A DNA stretch of 64,000 bases from Antechinus flavipes (Eukaryota): assembly GCF_016432865.1 (NCBI RefSeq), contig NC_067399.1, positions 58,776,001 to 58,840,000 on the forward strand. The letters are read 5' to 3'. This document shows positions 1-11,306 of the stretch, one piece after another; the first letter of the stretch is position 1, and each line of letters starts with the position of its first letter. A model generated the notes under the pieces. It had not been told where the DNA came from. It ran no database searches and saw only the letters and a list, made by a program, of their open reading frames with translations. Both the position numbers and the translations under genes were made by a program.

Positions 1-439
1 GGTAAAAGCCCCAGAACTCCCTCGTTCTCACGACTCCCTGGGCCCCTGGAGCTTTCTTCTCTCGCTTCCCTCCCAGGGCCCTTCGGAGCCTGATCACTCA
101 CTCAGACATTGGTCCCGTCCCGTCCAGTCTCGTTCAGTCTCTCCCTACCCCGTCCTGCCCCGTCCCATCCCATCTCACACATCCACTCACTCACAGCTCT
201 TTTCTTTTTTCCCTTCCCTTCCCTCTGGCCACATAGGTCTGTCCACACACTTTTCCTGCTTGCTGGGGCTCCGCCCAAAGGAACTTCAATTTTGATGGAT
301 AAAACCTTGAAATAGATCTTGGGATATTGATTGGCTCAGAATGAGTGTAGAGAGCAATTGTTTCTTCTTTAACCAGAAATCCTGAGAGTCTTCCCTTCCA
401 AGATGGATAGTGGTTTGTTTTTGTTTTTTTCTCCTCTTG

Positions 440-720
440 GTGAAAGAGGCCAATCTTTTCCTCATTTCTTACCTAGACTTGCTCACTGACTGGGCTTTGT
501 CTCAGGCAAACTGAGACTTGTTAAAGACCCAAGCTTACAAAGGTCAAGGTCTCCCACTGCATCCAGGGCCATCTCCAGTCCTCCTGATCTAGGTCTTGCC
601 ACTGGACCCAAAAGGCTCTAGGGGAGAAAGTGACTTTGCAAAGCTCCCTCTCACTTAGATCCCATTCACTTGCATGTCACAGCGTCACCTCCCCAATGTC
701 ATGGTCCTCTGAGAATCTGA
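440..720 (-). mobile_element. Marsupial interspersed SINE-like repeat (WALLSI/RTE-SINE-like)
   Basis: Same family recurs at ~17935-18080, ~18935-19180 and ~32600-32770 (shared gaggaccatgacatc...aagtgaattgga...ccagagccatctgggtcca); family name uncertain. Confidence 0.65.
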
Positions 721-896
721 TTACAAAGCTAGATGGAATCCCACTCTCAGACACTTACTGTGCCACGATGAGCAAATCACTTAACCTCTGCCTACCTGTT
801 TCCTCCTCTGTAAAATGAGATCTAAGAACTCATGAAAAATTAAAAGCTCTTCTCATTTTAAAATTTATTATCCATTCACATCCAGTCCCCCAGATT

Positions 897-1370
897 TTGA
901 TTCTCTCTGTGTCTGTGTGTTTCTGTCTGCCTGTTTCTCCCTGTCCTCCCCCCTTCCCTCTTTTCCTCCCTCCCTCTTTCTGCCTCTCTGTCTCTCTGTC
1001 TGTCTCTGTGTTTCTCTCTGTCTCCCTTCCCTCCCTTCACTCTCTCTTTCCCTCTGAATCTGTCTCTCTGTCTCTGTTTCTCTTTGCCTCTCTGCCTGTC
1101 TCTGCCTCTATCTGTATTTCTGTCTGTCTCTATCTCTCTCTGGGTGTGTCTCTGTCTTTGTCTCTGTCTCTCTCTATCTATCTATCTCTCTGTCTCTTTG
1201 TCTTTCTCTGTCTCTTTGTTTCTTCTCTGTCTCCTTCTCTGTTTGTCTCTGCCTGTCTGTCTCTTTGTGTGTATCTGTCTGTCTATCTGTCTCTGTCTGT
1301 CTCTCTTTCTGTGTCTGTCAGTCTGTCTCTCTCTCACTTCTTTCTCTCCCCCTCCTCTCCCCCACCACCC
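897..1370. repeat. Degenerate (CT/GT)n low-complexity tract
   Basis: tctc/tgtc mosaics. Confidence 0.9.
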
Positions 1371-1557
1371 CCATTTAATTCAATAAAATTCAAGTCACCA
1401 AAACATCAGGCACTTGCTTTTTTCAAAGCACTGGGGATGTGGGGGGAAAAAGTCTGTCCTCAAGAAGCTTAAATTTTGAGGAAATAAAGAAATATAGTAT
1501 GGACAAATAGGGGTAAATACAAGATATATGAAAATTATATTTAAGAGTAAGAGTACT

Positions 1558-3926
1558 GGAGGAGGATTCTGGGAAGAGTAAGTTGGTAAATTTCAAGTTC
1601 TTCAGATTTCCTCCAAAAATAGAACAAATTTTCATCCCAGGGCAAAAATGAAAACTCAAGAAGACTTGGGGCAAAACAGGGGTCCTCTTACTACAACCTG
1701 AGAAAATCTGAAGAAAGACCTTGGGCTGAGGATTAACCTAGGTGAAGTGCAAACACCTTGGGCCAGCTCAGCAGAAATACCCAGTGGGGAGCCCTGGGGC
1801 TAGCTAGGTAGGATTGGAACCTCAGCAGGAACCCCACAGGAACGTTCACCTCCTGAACAGCTTGAGTAGCTAGGGATTTGAGTCCCAGAAGACTGAGGGA
1901 ACCTAGACTGATCAGACCCAACTGTGTTGCAGAGCTTGGGGGAAAAGGAGCCAGCACACCAGGAATGCAGAAGCTGGGCCAGGGGCCAGGGATTCTGTTG
2001 GCTGTGGGCACTTGCAGGAGGAGGGGAGCTCTTGATTTGGGGTTCCACGTCAGAAGGGAGAACTGAAGTGAAGCTTGAGGCATCATTGCCCCCCATCCTA
2101 CTATTAGAAGTGCTTACACTAATACCTCTTGTTTTGTTTTGTTTTTTAAATGAACAGGTAAAGAAGATAGATACCTCCCCCCCCCCCCCCCACAATAGAA
2201 ATTTACTATGGGAACAGGGAAGACTGGGATTTATCTTCAGAGGACACTGAAGTAAGAAAAAAAGCCTCTATCCCCAAAAGTAATGCAAAATAGCTTCCTG
2301 CCCAGAGAGAATTTATAAAATAACTCAAAAAAGAATTTAAAAATCAAATGAGAGACATTGAGGGAAAAAGTTAAAAATTAAAAATAAAAACTATCCAAGA
2401 AAAAATAAGATTATGAAAAAAAGCTAACCAACTAGAAAAGCAGATATAGAATATCAAAAATGAAAATAATTCTTTGAAAATAAGAATTGTGCAAGGGGAA
2501 GCTAGTGAAACTATAGGATCAAGAAATAACAAAAACAGATTATAAGAAATAAAAAAAGGACAGAATGTGAAACATAAGAAAAACAACAGATCTGAGAACA
2601 GATCAAGAAGAGGAAATATATAATTGGACTGCTCATAAATTGTGACCAAAAAAAGAACCCTGACAAAATAATCCAAGAAAATTATCCTACAGGGATAGAA
2701 CAGGAGGGAAAAGTAGAAATTGAAAAAATCCATTGATCACTACCTCAACAAGATCCTTTGTGGAAAATCCATAGGAATATTATTGCTAAATTTCAAAAAC
2801 CCCAGATCAAAGAGAAAATTTTGCAAGACACAAGAAAAAAAATTAAAATGCATTGGATCATTAGAATTTTACAGGACTTAGCCAGCAGCCACAATAAAAG
2901 ATTGCAGATCCTGGAATTATGTCTACTGACAATTAGAAAAATTAGGCCTAGGGCCAAAAATATGTCCAGCTAAATTATTGAATGATATTGAATGAGAATT
3001 GTTGAATGAAAATATTATTTAAGAAAAACTGGACATTTAATGAACTTGCAGATTGTCAGGACTTTCTATCAACCAAACCTAAACATAAGAGAAAATTTAA
3101 TATATAAAAGTCAATATCAAAGATCAATTTAAAGGAACTCAACATGGACAAATTGTTTGTGTTTTTTTTTTTTACATGGAAAATGTATATGTTTAAGATT
3201 GACATCAACAATAGGTTAGCTCAAAAGAAAGATTGGGACAGAGTTTAAGTAAAATAGTAATCATGTTATACAAATGAGGTACAGAGGAAGAATAGACACA
3301 GAGACATTAGAGAGGGGAGAAAGGCTCATGGTTCTAAAAATCTACTCACATCAGGAATGGGTTCAATAGGCAACACTACCTATCTACCATGAAGTGGTAG
3401 TACCCTTCCAAAATCTATAAAGAAATAAGGGGGAAGTAATGGGAGGATAGGGAAGCAAAGATTGAGGGAAGACGACAAGGGAGAAATCCATGGGTCGAGG
3501 GAGGTTAAGTTAAGGAGCAGAATTAAATTAAAGAGTCAGAGGGATGTCTATGTGTGTGTTGTAAGTGGAAGGGGGCGAGTGTGTATGTATCTGTCTGTAT
3601 AAATCTACATATGTATACATAAATATGTCCTTTCTTAATTACAGCCTGTTTGGGAGTGGTGGGGGGGATAAAAGGGCAAAACCAAGAAAAAAGGTGCACA
3701 GCAGAGAACAAAAGAAGAGTTTACAAGGAAGTAAAGAAAAGATAGACATTCATGAATATATTTTTCTATTAATATATATGCTTTCTTGAACTGGTAATTT
3801 GTTATATATTTTGAATCCTTCCTGATATTCTGCTGGGCACATGACAATATTCTCTTCTGTTTTGTTTTATTTATTTTTATGTTCCTTTTGTGTTTTCTTA
3901 AAAAATTAAAAACAAAAAACAAAACA
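1558..3926 (+). mobile_element. ORF1-only LINE derivative (HAL1 / half-L1-like), degenerate
   Basis: L1-like 5' end (gaggattctgggaag). Decayed ORF1 at ~2250-3050 (LWKIHRNIIAKFQKPQIKEKILQDTRKK). No ORF2 follows; A-rich tail at 3898-3926. Degenerate TSD agtaagagtact / agtgagaatatt. Confidence 0.7.
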
Positions 3927-3939
3927 AGTGAGAATATTA

Positions 3940-4480
3940 ATTGGGGAAACAGGAAAGGTTTCATGTAGGTGATAACCTGTAATGAAGGACAACATTCTAG
4001 GAGTGAGGCACCCCTTGGATAAAGGGATGAAGTGAGAGATATAGATCATCATATAGTTCCATATATAGGGAATAGCTAGTATGCTAATTTGATTGGATCA
4101 CGGATTGCTAAAGAGAATATGAAGCAAGACTAGAAATGTGGTTGAGAGCCATGTTATCATAAGCCTTAAATTCTAGGCAGATTATTTTGAGAATAGGGAG
4201 CCACTGAGGATTTTTGAGGAAGCAGGTGATCTGGTCAGATTTTAGGACTATCACCTTCAATATGGCTGCTCTGGGGAGGATAGATTGGGGAAGGGAAGAG
4301 TCTGAAAGCAGGAAGGTCAAACAGGAAGCTAATGAAGTCTTGTGATGGAAAGGTGATAAAGGCTTGAGCTGGGGGTTCAAGGTGAGTGAGGAGAGGGTGT
4401 TCTGGAGGTAGATCTGACCCAATTTGGCAAATGATGGGGTAAGTGAGGTAAGGACCAAGAAAGTTTCAGTGAATGTCACG
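3940..4480 (-). mobile_element. L2 LINE fragment
   Basis: Minus strand reads PQSILPRAA..LKSDQITCFLKNPQWLPI, resembling the L2 ORF2 C-terminus. Confidence 0.7.
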
Positions 4481-4801
4481 GATCTACTCCTTCCTTCCCC
4501 TCCACACTCTGCCAGTTTCTGCCCATCTCTATGCTGTTTTTGTGCCTTTTACTCAGATTAGTAGCCTTCATTCTCAAAGAGGACCAAAATGACATTACTG
4601 TGTTAAGTCTAGTTACAGACTGTAGCTAATCAGACCAATATGAGTCAGACACCAATAGGCCCCAGGAACATTTGGGGTGGATTCTCTAATTTTATGCATA
4701 CAACACAACCTCAGTTTGAGATCCCTGGAATCACCCCATAAGAATAAACTGGAACATCCCAAAAACAAACTCTCCAAGAAGTTATTTTGGCAGTTATTTA
4801 G

Positions 4802-4807
4802 TTTATT
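4802..4807 (-). terminator. Putative OSGIN1 polyadenylation signal
   Basis: TTTATT on plus (AATAAA on minus), ~450 nt after the stop codon. Confidence 0.55.
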
Positions 4808-5259
4808 CAAGATGTAGTCCTGGGAAAGAGCAGAAGTTAGTAACTTCCCCTGGCTGAGCTCAACATCAGTGATGCTCGCTGGCCCAGGCTTTGGGGCTCT
4901 GAGAGCTTGAAGTTCTAAAGGCCCACAGATCTCATCTGGGTTCAGGAAACTTTTGGGATGGTCAGTACTAAGGGTACCTCTCAGATTCTGGCCCAGCCAG
5001 ATGCACAATCACTATCCCTGTCGCAGGGCAAGGGCCTTTTGGTCTATTAACAAGGAACTGTCTTTAGAATCCTGCCCTTCCCACTCCTCCCCCCTTTATA
5101 TCCTCCCTCCAGGAAGATGTCCCTCCAGGGGAGGCCCACATTGGGGCCTCCCAATTGTCTGAGCCCCAGCCTTTGTACCAGGCAGGACTAAGCAAGTCTC
5201 CTTCCTAATCTGAGCTGGGGCTGTAAGATTGGGGGCATATAGGGTGGGCAGGGGCAGTC

Positions 5260-6208
5260 CTAGGGAGGCTTCCTACTCTCTTTCAGCAGGGAACTGGCCA
5301 CAGCCAGGGCCCCTCCCTGCAAGAATCTCACAAAGTGGTCTCCCACCAGGGGCCCTATGGCATAGAGGCCCCTCTGCCGGGTGCTCTGATAGGTGAAGGG
5401 GTCAACGTCAATGGGGTTCCTCTTGGGGCTGAGTGGTTGGTCTGGGTCCACAGTTAAGTCAGTGCCGCCATTGGCCAGGAAGGAGAGGTCAGGGTAGGAG
5501 CCAATGAGCACCAGCACAAGGGAGACCCTGAACAACCTGTGCTCTCCATTTTGGTCCTGGAACACAGCCTGGCGGTCCTCCTGGAAGAGCAGGGGCCGAT
5601 GCTTGGGCAGGCTCAAGTAGCCTTTGTAGGCGGTGGGAGAGAGGATGGATTTCTCCTGCATCATTTGGTGCACTTTTTGGTACTCTGGGTACATCTTCTT
5701 GGGCAGCTGGTTGAAGATGAGGTCAGGGTCGTTCACTGGTCGGCGGAACGCGTGGATCACCGGAAGGCTGTAGCGCCGAGCGTACAGGACAGCATCAGCC
5801 GCCGACAGCCCAGCCCCGATAATGAGGACGGGGTCAGAGGTAGGTGTCACGATCCCAGCCTTCAGGGCCTCTTCCAGGGCAGAGAGCTCATAGTGAACGT
5901 AGGGAAGGTCCTCTCCAGCAATGCCCAACCGGGCCGGGCTGTCTGATGTGCCTGTGGCCAGGACCAGATTGCGGGCACGGAGACTGAAAGGCTTCTGGCT
6001 CCCATCTTTGGTGGTCATAAAGCCACTCACCATGAACAGGGGGCTCCCATCCTGCTGGCCCCCGAGTTCCTCTGACTCGGGGGTCTCAATGTCCACGGCC
6101 GTGACCACAGAGCCACAGAGGAAGTTGTGGCTGAGTCCCTTCTTCACCACGTAGTCCTGGTAATAATGGGCAATGTCCCCAGCTGTGGCCCGGCAGTCCC
6201 GCAGGCCC
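5260..6208 (-). CDS. OSGIN1: OSGIN1 last coding exon (oxidative stress-induced growth inhibitor 1, FAD-dependent oxidoreductase fold)
   Basis: Acceptor tttatcccag| at 6210-6209. The exon reads g-GLRDCRATAGDIAHYYQDY-VVKKGLSHNF...LVLATG...VLIIGAGLSAAD...YAIGPLVGDHFVRFLQGGALAVASSLLKESRKPP* (stop 5260-5262). 949 nt, phase-compatible with the previous exon. C-terminus matches the mammalian OSGIN1 ending as I recall it. Confidence 0.97.
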
Positions 6209-6379
6209 CTGGGATAAATACCGCAGCAAAGTTAGAAGTCATTCTCAGTGGTCCGAACAAATACAGACACATGAATGAGCCCTTAAAGCTCTCAGAGGGT
6301 ACAGATCCTATTGGCCTTGGGCTTCCTGGATTATGGGGCCATTTCCAAAGAGACTGGTCCATTAGGTTCTTAGAAGAGC

Positions 6380-6590
6380 GAGCCCTGGGCTTGGAATCAG
6401 GAGACTTTATCAGGCACCCTTATGATCTGGGTGACCCTGGCTCAAAGACAGACACTTAATCTCTTAATTTTTCTCTCTGTAAATGGGGATAATAATAGGA
6501 CTTGCCTCCTGGGGTTATTGTGAAGATAAAATGAAATAATATTTGTAAAAGTGGTAAACCTTAAAGTGCTATGCCAACATATTTTATAAA
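6380..6590 (+). mobile_element. MIR CORE-SINE
   Basis: Core motif ctctgtaaatggggataataat...ggttattgtgaagataaaatga. Confidence 0.7.
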
Positions 6591-7211
6591 TACATATGTA
6601 ATACATATTTTTATATATGAAGCTTTTGTTTAGTCCTATTTAACGCTGTGTGACCCTATTTGGGAGCTTCTTGGCAAAGATACTAAAATGGTTTGCCATT
6701 TTCTAACTCATTTTACTGATGAGGAAGCTAAGGCTTTTCAAAGTTAAGTGACTTGTCCAGGGTCTAGTAAATGTCTAAGGTTGCATTTGAACTCAAGTCA
6801 TCTTGACCCCAGGCCTAGAATCCTTTAGCTGTCCCAGTATAAATAATCTATAGACCAAATAGATTGGGGTATGTGATGAGAATTTCTATTCATGCTCTCT
6901 TCCTTGAGGCAATGGGGAGTTCAACAGGAGAAAATAGGAAGGAAGAAAAGCAAAGGGCAAAAAAAGTGGGGCAGAGATTGAAAAAAAGTGGGCAGGATGT
7001 TCTAGGCAGGGTTAAAGCAAGGGTAAAGAATGAGGGGATGGGGCCCCACAAATTGTGTTGGCCAACATAACCTAGGGTTCAGACTTTGACTAAACTCAAG
7101 ACTAAAAGTTGTGAGTAATTTTTGCATTTATTTTTGTAAAGGTAATTTCTGTAATTGTTTACAATTGAAAAATGTTTATTTTTTTATTGAAAAATTTATT
7201 GAAAAATTCAA

Positions 7212-7362
7212 ACATTTTTGTAAAATTCTTTTTGACAGACATTTTCTGAGCAATTTTTTGTAAACATTTTTGCAAACTTCATTTTGACAAACATTTTCTG
7301 AGCAATTTTTGCAAACATTTTCTGAGGAATTTTTGTAATCATTTTTGTAAACTTCATTTTTA
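7212..7362. repeat. AT-rich minisatellite in OSGIN1 intron
   Basis: Motifs acattttctgagcaatttt (7239, 7291, 7315) and acatttttg.aaa (7212, 7264, ~7339). Confidence 0.8.
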
Positions 7363-8299
7363 TAAGCTCTTCCTTCTGTTGTGGAGCTGGGAGATTTGTG
7401 GATCACTAAGGATCATTAAATGCCAGGGCTGAAAGGGACCTGAGTACTTATCGAGCTCAATCCCCTCACTTTCCAGATGAAGAAGGAGAGCCCCATAGCT
7501 TAGATCTTAAGGTTGTTAGTTCAGTGCTCTTTCCCATAAATCACTTGACCCTGTAGTTCCTCAGTAAAATTTCAGTTTTGCAGTCTTGCTAAAATTTCCT
7601 TTTTCCAGTATTGCTAAAGCATGTCTCCAGCTTCTCACTGGAGAGGGGACAAGCACTTGTCAGATGGGGCCAATGTTCTGATTTGTTTTTCTTTAAATGA
7701 CCCTCTTTGTTAAAAGGGAGGATTTTACTTTTGTGGAGGAGTCGTCACTGGAGAGTAACAACAAAGTAAAAAATAAAGAGCATGCATAAAACATTAAAAA
7801 ACAATCTCAGGATCTAAAAAGAGACTGTTCATAAGTAGAGAAATCAGAGCCACATATTTAGAAATGAAAGAGATCTGAGAGATCCTCGAGTCCCACCCTC
7901 TTGTTTTATACATAAGGAAAGGGAGGGACAAGGAGGTCAAGGAATTTGTCCATTTACACAGTGAGTTTACAGAGTGGTGTGAGAGGGTATACTGATAATG
8001 ATCAAGTCTTCTACTGGATAGATAGTATGGGAAAGGGTAGAACTGAGAGGGTGGGAATCAAGGAAAAATGTCAATTGGTTAAGGTAGGCACCATATACCA
8101 TTTTTTTTACAGGAAGGTGGCTGGTACAGGGGATAAAGCAATAGATTTGGACTCCAGAAAACTTGGCTTTGAATATTCCCTTAGACACTTAGTTGTGTGA
8201 CCCTGAACAAGTTATCATAAGATTGGTGTGAGGATCAAAAGAAATAATGTGTGTAGAGAATTTGGCAAACTTTAGGCTATTATTAGGCAAACTGTAAGC

Positions 8300-8330
<31 letters not shown>

Positions 8331-8340
8331 GTCATTGTTG
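8300..8340. repeat. (ATT)n microsatellite
   Basis: tattattattattattatt. Confidence 0.9.
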
Positions 8341-8516
8341 TCATCACTGCAAAAAGGAAAATAAAAGACCCTTGGACCAGGTTCAGAAGGGACATGATTC
8401 TGGATTTTGAGTCTTCTGCTCCAATTAGAGTTGGGAGAAATGCATTTCTCTAACTTGGAGCAGCCTTCCTTCCCCACTTCTCCTTCCCTCCTCCCCTGTC
8501 AGCCCCATATTCTCAC

Positions 8517-8608
8517 CTGCGCTTCCTCTGCATCCAGTCTTTAAACTTCAGGTCAGGGAGCCCCATCCACTCGCCTTGGCTTAAGGTCACCATAGAGCCT
8601 TCGATGGA
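8517..8608 (-). CDS. OSGIN1: OSGIN1 coding exon (92 nt)
   Basis: cttatctag|TCCATC...CGCAG|gtgaga; encodes SIEGSMVTLSQGEWMGLPDLKFKDWMQRKR plus 2 nt. Confidence 0.96.
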
Positions 8609-8853
8609 CTAGATAAGAAGAAAGTCCTTTAGTTTCTGCTTCCAAAATCCCCCCGACCCTGGGGCCCAGCCAAGGGAAGGAAGGATGAGTGGAAAGAGGG
8701 ATGGGAGAAAGTCTCTTCAGGAAGGGAGGATGATACATTGGCTAGAGGAAAGGGACACAAAGGACCAATCACTAGAAGAGAATTTCATCATTGGACACTG
8801 GACATTAGACATCAAAGTTCCCCGATTTCCCAAAATTGTTTCCCCCAACTCAC

Positions 8854-9045
8854 ATGCCAGGCCCCTCCAGGGAGACTGCGACCCAGGACCAGATGGGAGA
8901 TCATTTGTTCTGTTCGGTGTTCCCAGGTGAGGACAGACTCAGTATTTCCTCCAAAATCTGTGTCTGGGCGCAGGAGAGCATCAAAGAGCAGAGCTACAGG
9001 GCTTTGACTTCTGCCCTCCAAGCCCTCTGACAGATAGTCCAAGTC
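8854..9045 (-). CDS. OSGIN1: OSGIN1 coding exon (192 nt)
   Basis: ctggtag|GACTTG...TGGCAT|gtgagt; encodes DLDYLSEGLEGRSQSPVALLFDALLRPDTDFGG...GRSLPGGAWH (64 codons). Confidence 0.97.
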
Positions 9046-9416
9046 CTACCAGGGAGGGAAATATTTCATTTAGAGTTACAAGGAAACTTAGGGGATCATT
9101 GGAGACAATCCCTTTGTTTTACAGACAAAGAAACGGAGGCAGAGAGTCAATGATTAGTGTGGGCTCTTTGGTAGTCCTGGCCTAGGACCATAGGAGACAA
9201 GGGTGGGCCTGAGTCTCTGATCTTTTGACTAGACCCTCCTTAATATTCAAGACCAAATTGTGGGGGTGAGAGAAGCAGAAAAAAAAAAACCCAAACAAAC
9301 AAATTACCGCTAAAGTTTTCAAGGTTAGGTATTAAGCAAAGAAATCAAGAGAAGGGAAGGACTACTGACTCCATGGGGGAGGATCAGGGTGCACTTGTAA
9401 AGGCTTCCATACTGAC

Positions 9417-9553
9417 CTGGTCCAGGATGGAGACATGAGGCTTCTCAGTCAGTTTCATGTGCAGGAGGGGATGTGGATGGACAGCATCAGCTTTCATATA
9501 AGGTGTATAGCCAGACAGCAAATAGGACAGACAGATTCCTGAAGGGCCATTAC
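9417..9553 (-). CDS. OSGIN1: OSGIN1 coding exon (137 nt)
   Basis: ttcccag|GTAAT...GACCAG|gtcagt; encodes (G)NGPSGICLSYLLSGYTPYMKADAVHPHPLLHMKLTEKPHVSILDQ and completes the GxGxxG Rossmann motif. Confidence 0.96.
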
Positions 9554-10659
9554 CTGGGAAGGAGGAGAAGAGATGATGTTTGGCCCATTGTTGCCAAGTC
9601 CACTTTCTAAAGGGGAAGAGATGGCTGCCCCAGTTCCTATCTCTCCATGAAGATCCACCAGTTAAAAATCACACAAAACAAAACCTCTACAGAATATATT
9701 TTTATAGGATCTTAGGTATGAAAGCTATAGCTACAAGATATCCAAGCCGATGATCCGCAGCTCCCCAGTTATCTTGTATATAGAGTCATACCTGTCTCAA
9801 TATGAAGGGGCTGGATGCTAACTGGGGGTTTTATCTATGTCACAGATATAGGCTCAACATTAGTAGCTCTCACAAGCTCAGTCTGACCTCTAGTTGGCAT
9901 TTAAAGCCCTTCATAGCTTATTCTTTCCCTACCTTTCTAGTATTCTTACCCTTTACAAGTCTCATCCACATATCCGACAGTCCAGTTGTACTCCTGTTCC
10001 TCAAACATGTCTCTGACAGGATCCTGCCTTTGCTCTGGCTTCCCTGTGTGTGTGGGATATTTCCTCCTCTTTGCTTCCCTAGCTTACTTCGAGATTCAGC
10101 TCAAGTCCTCCCTTTTGCAGGAAGCAGATATAGTCCTACATCCCTTCAACTCCCATGTGCTTTCCCCCTGAGATTGGCTTCTATGTATTATATACCTTAG
10201 GATAAAGTTATTTACTTTCCAATTAATTTTAAATTCTTTCTTTTATTGAATATTATTTTTGTTGCATTGGTCAATCAAGGATGTATTTAGTATTTCTGCT
10301 TTTCTGTGTTTGTTAGTGAAATTATATCCTAATATGTGGTAATTCTTTTTTTAAGCACATGCAATTCACTATGAAGAAATCTGTTGGGTTTATACAATAA
10401 GTAAGAAGCCTAGATCAATATTGTCATTATCCTAATTTTTATAAAAAGTTTACAAAATATTGTTACATGATTTAATAATGATTTTACCAGTAGAAATGAC
10501 ATTTTAAAATAAAAAAAGCACTATAATCTGCTTTGTTGCTGCATTCCATATGACTTATAACTGAAACCTTTTCTATGTATTATCTCATTATTAAAATGTA
10601 AACTCTCCAGGATATATAGACTGTCTTTTATTTTTCTGTTTGTATTTCAGCAATAAACA

Positions 10660-10819
10660 CATCATAAAAGTTTAACTTTCCTTCTTTCCTTTCTTCCTCC
10701 CTTCCGCCTTCCTTCCTTCCTTTCTACCTTCCTAACTTACTTTCTTCCTACCTTCTTGCCTCCCTACCTTCTTGCCTCTCTTCCTTTCTTCTTACCTCCC
10801 TTCCTTCTTTCTTAACTTC
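10660..10819. repeat. (CCTT)n-like tract abutting assembly gap
   Basis: Pyrimidine tract running into the Ns. Confidence 0.85.
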
Positions 10820-11141
10820 NNNNNNNNNNNNNNNNNNNNNNNNNNNNNNNNNNNNNNNNNNNNNNNNNNNNNNNNNNNNNNNNNNNNNNNNNNNNNNNNN
10901 NNNNNNNNNNNNNNNNNNNNNNNNNNNNNNNNNNNNNNNNNNNNNNNNNNNNNNNNNNNNNNNNNNNNNNNNNNNNNNNNNNNNNNNNNNNNNNNNNNNN
11001 NNNNNNNNNNNNNNNNNNNNNNNNNNNNNNNNNNNNNNNNNNNNNNNNNNNNNNNNNNNNNNNNNNNNNNNNNNNNNNNNNNNNNNNNNNNNNNNNNNNN
11101 NNNNNNNNNNNNNNNNNNNNNNNNNNNNNNNNNNNNNNNNN
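10820..11141. other. Assembly gap inside OSGIN1 intron
   Basis: N-run; other gaps at 18123-18253, 18433-18809, 24023-24150 and 35779-35913. Confidence 1.
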
Positions 11142-11263
11142 AGCTTCTGAAAGTATTATTTTCCCCTACTCTTGACCAACCTCAGGTCTTGAGGTTCATG
11201 ATCACTGTCACCTAAGGATTCAAAAGCCTAGGAGACTCTTCTCTCTCAGAAGGGAATACTCAC

Positions 11264-11306
11264 CAATGATGATCACTGGGAGGGGCTCCTTCCACACAAA
11301 ACACAT
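11264..11306 (-). CDS. OSGIN1: OSGIN1 first coding segment (MCFVWKEPLPVIII + g)
   Basis: ATG at 11306-11304 with A at -3; the EPLPVIII motif; donor ATTG|gtgagt in phase 1, matching the next exon. Acceptor AG at 11352-11351 or 11343-11342. Confidence 0.85.

Noticed and set aside
897-1472. 191-aa and 100-aa ORFs
   Set aside because: They are translations of a CT/GT microsatellite, which lacks stop codons
5539-6459. Plus-strand ORFs overlapping the OSGIN1 last exon
   Set aside because: Antisense shadows of a GC-rich coding exon, with no independent support
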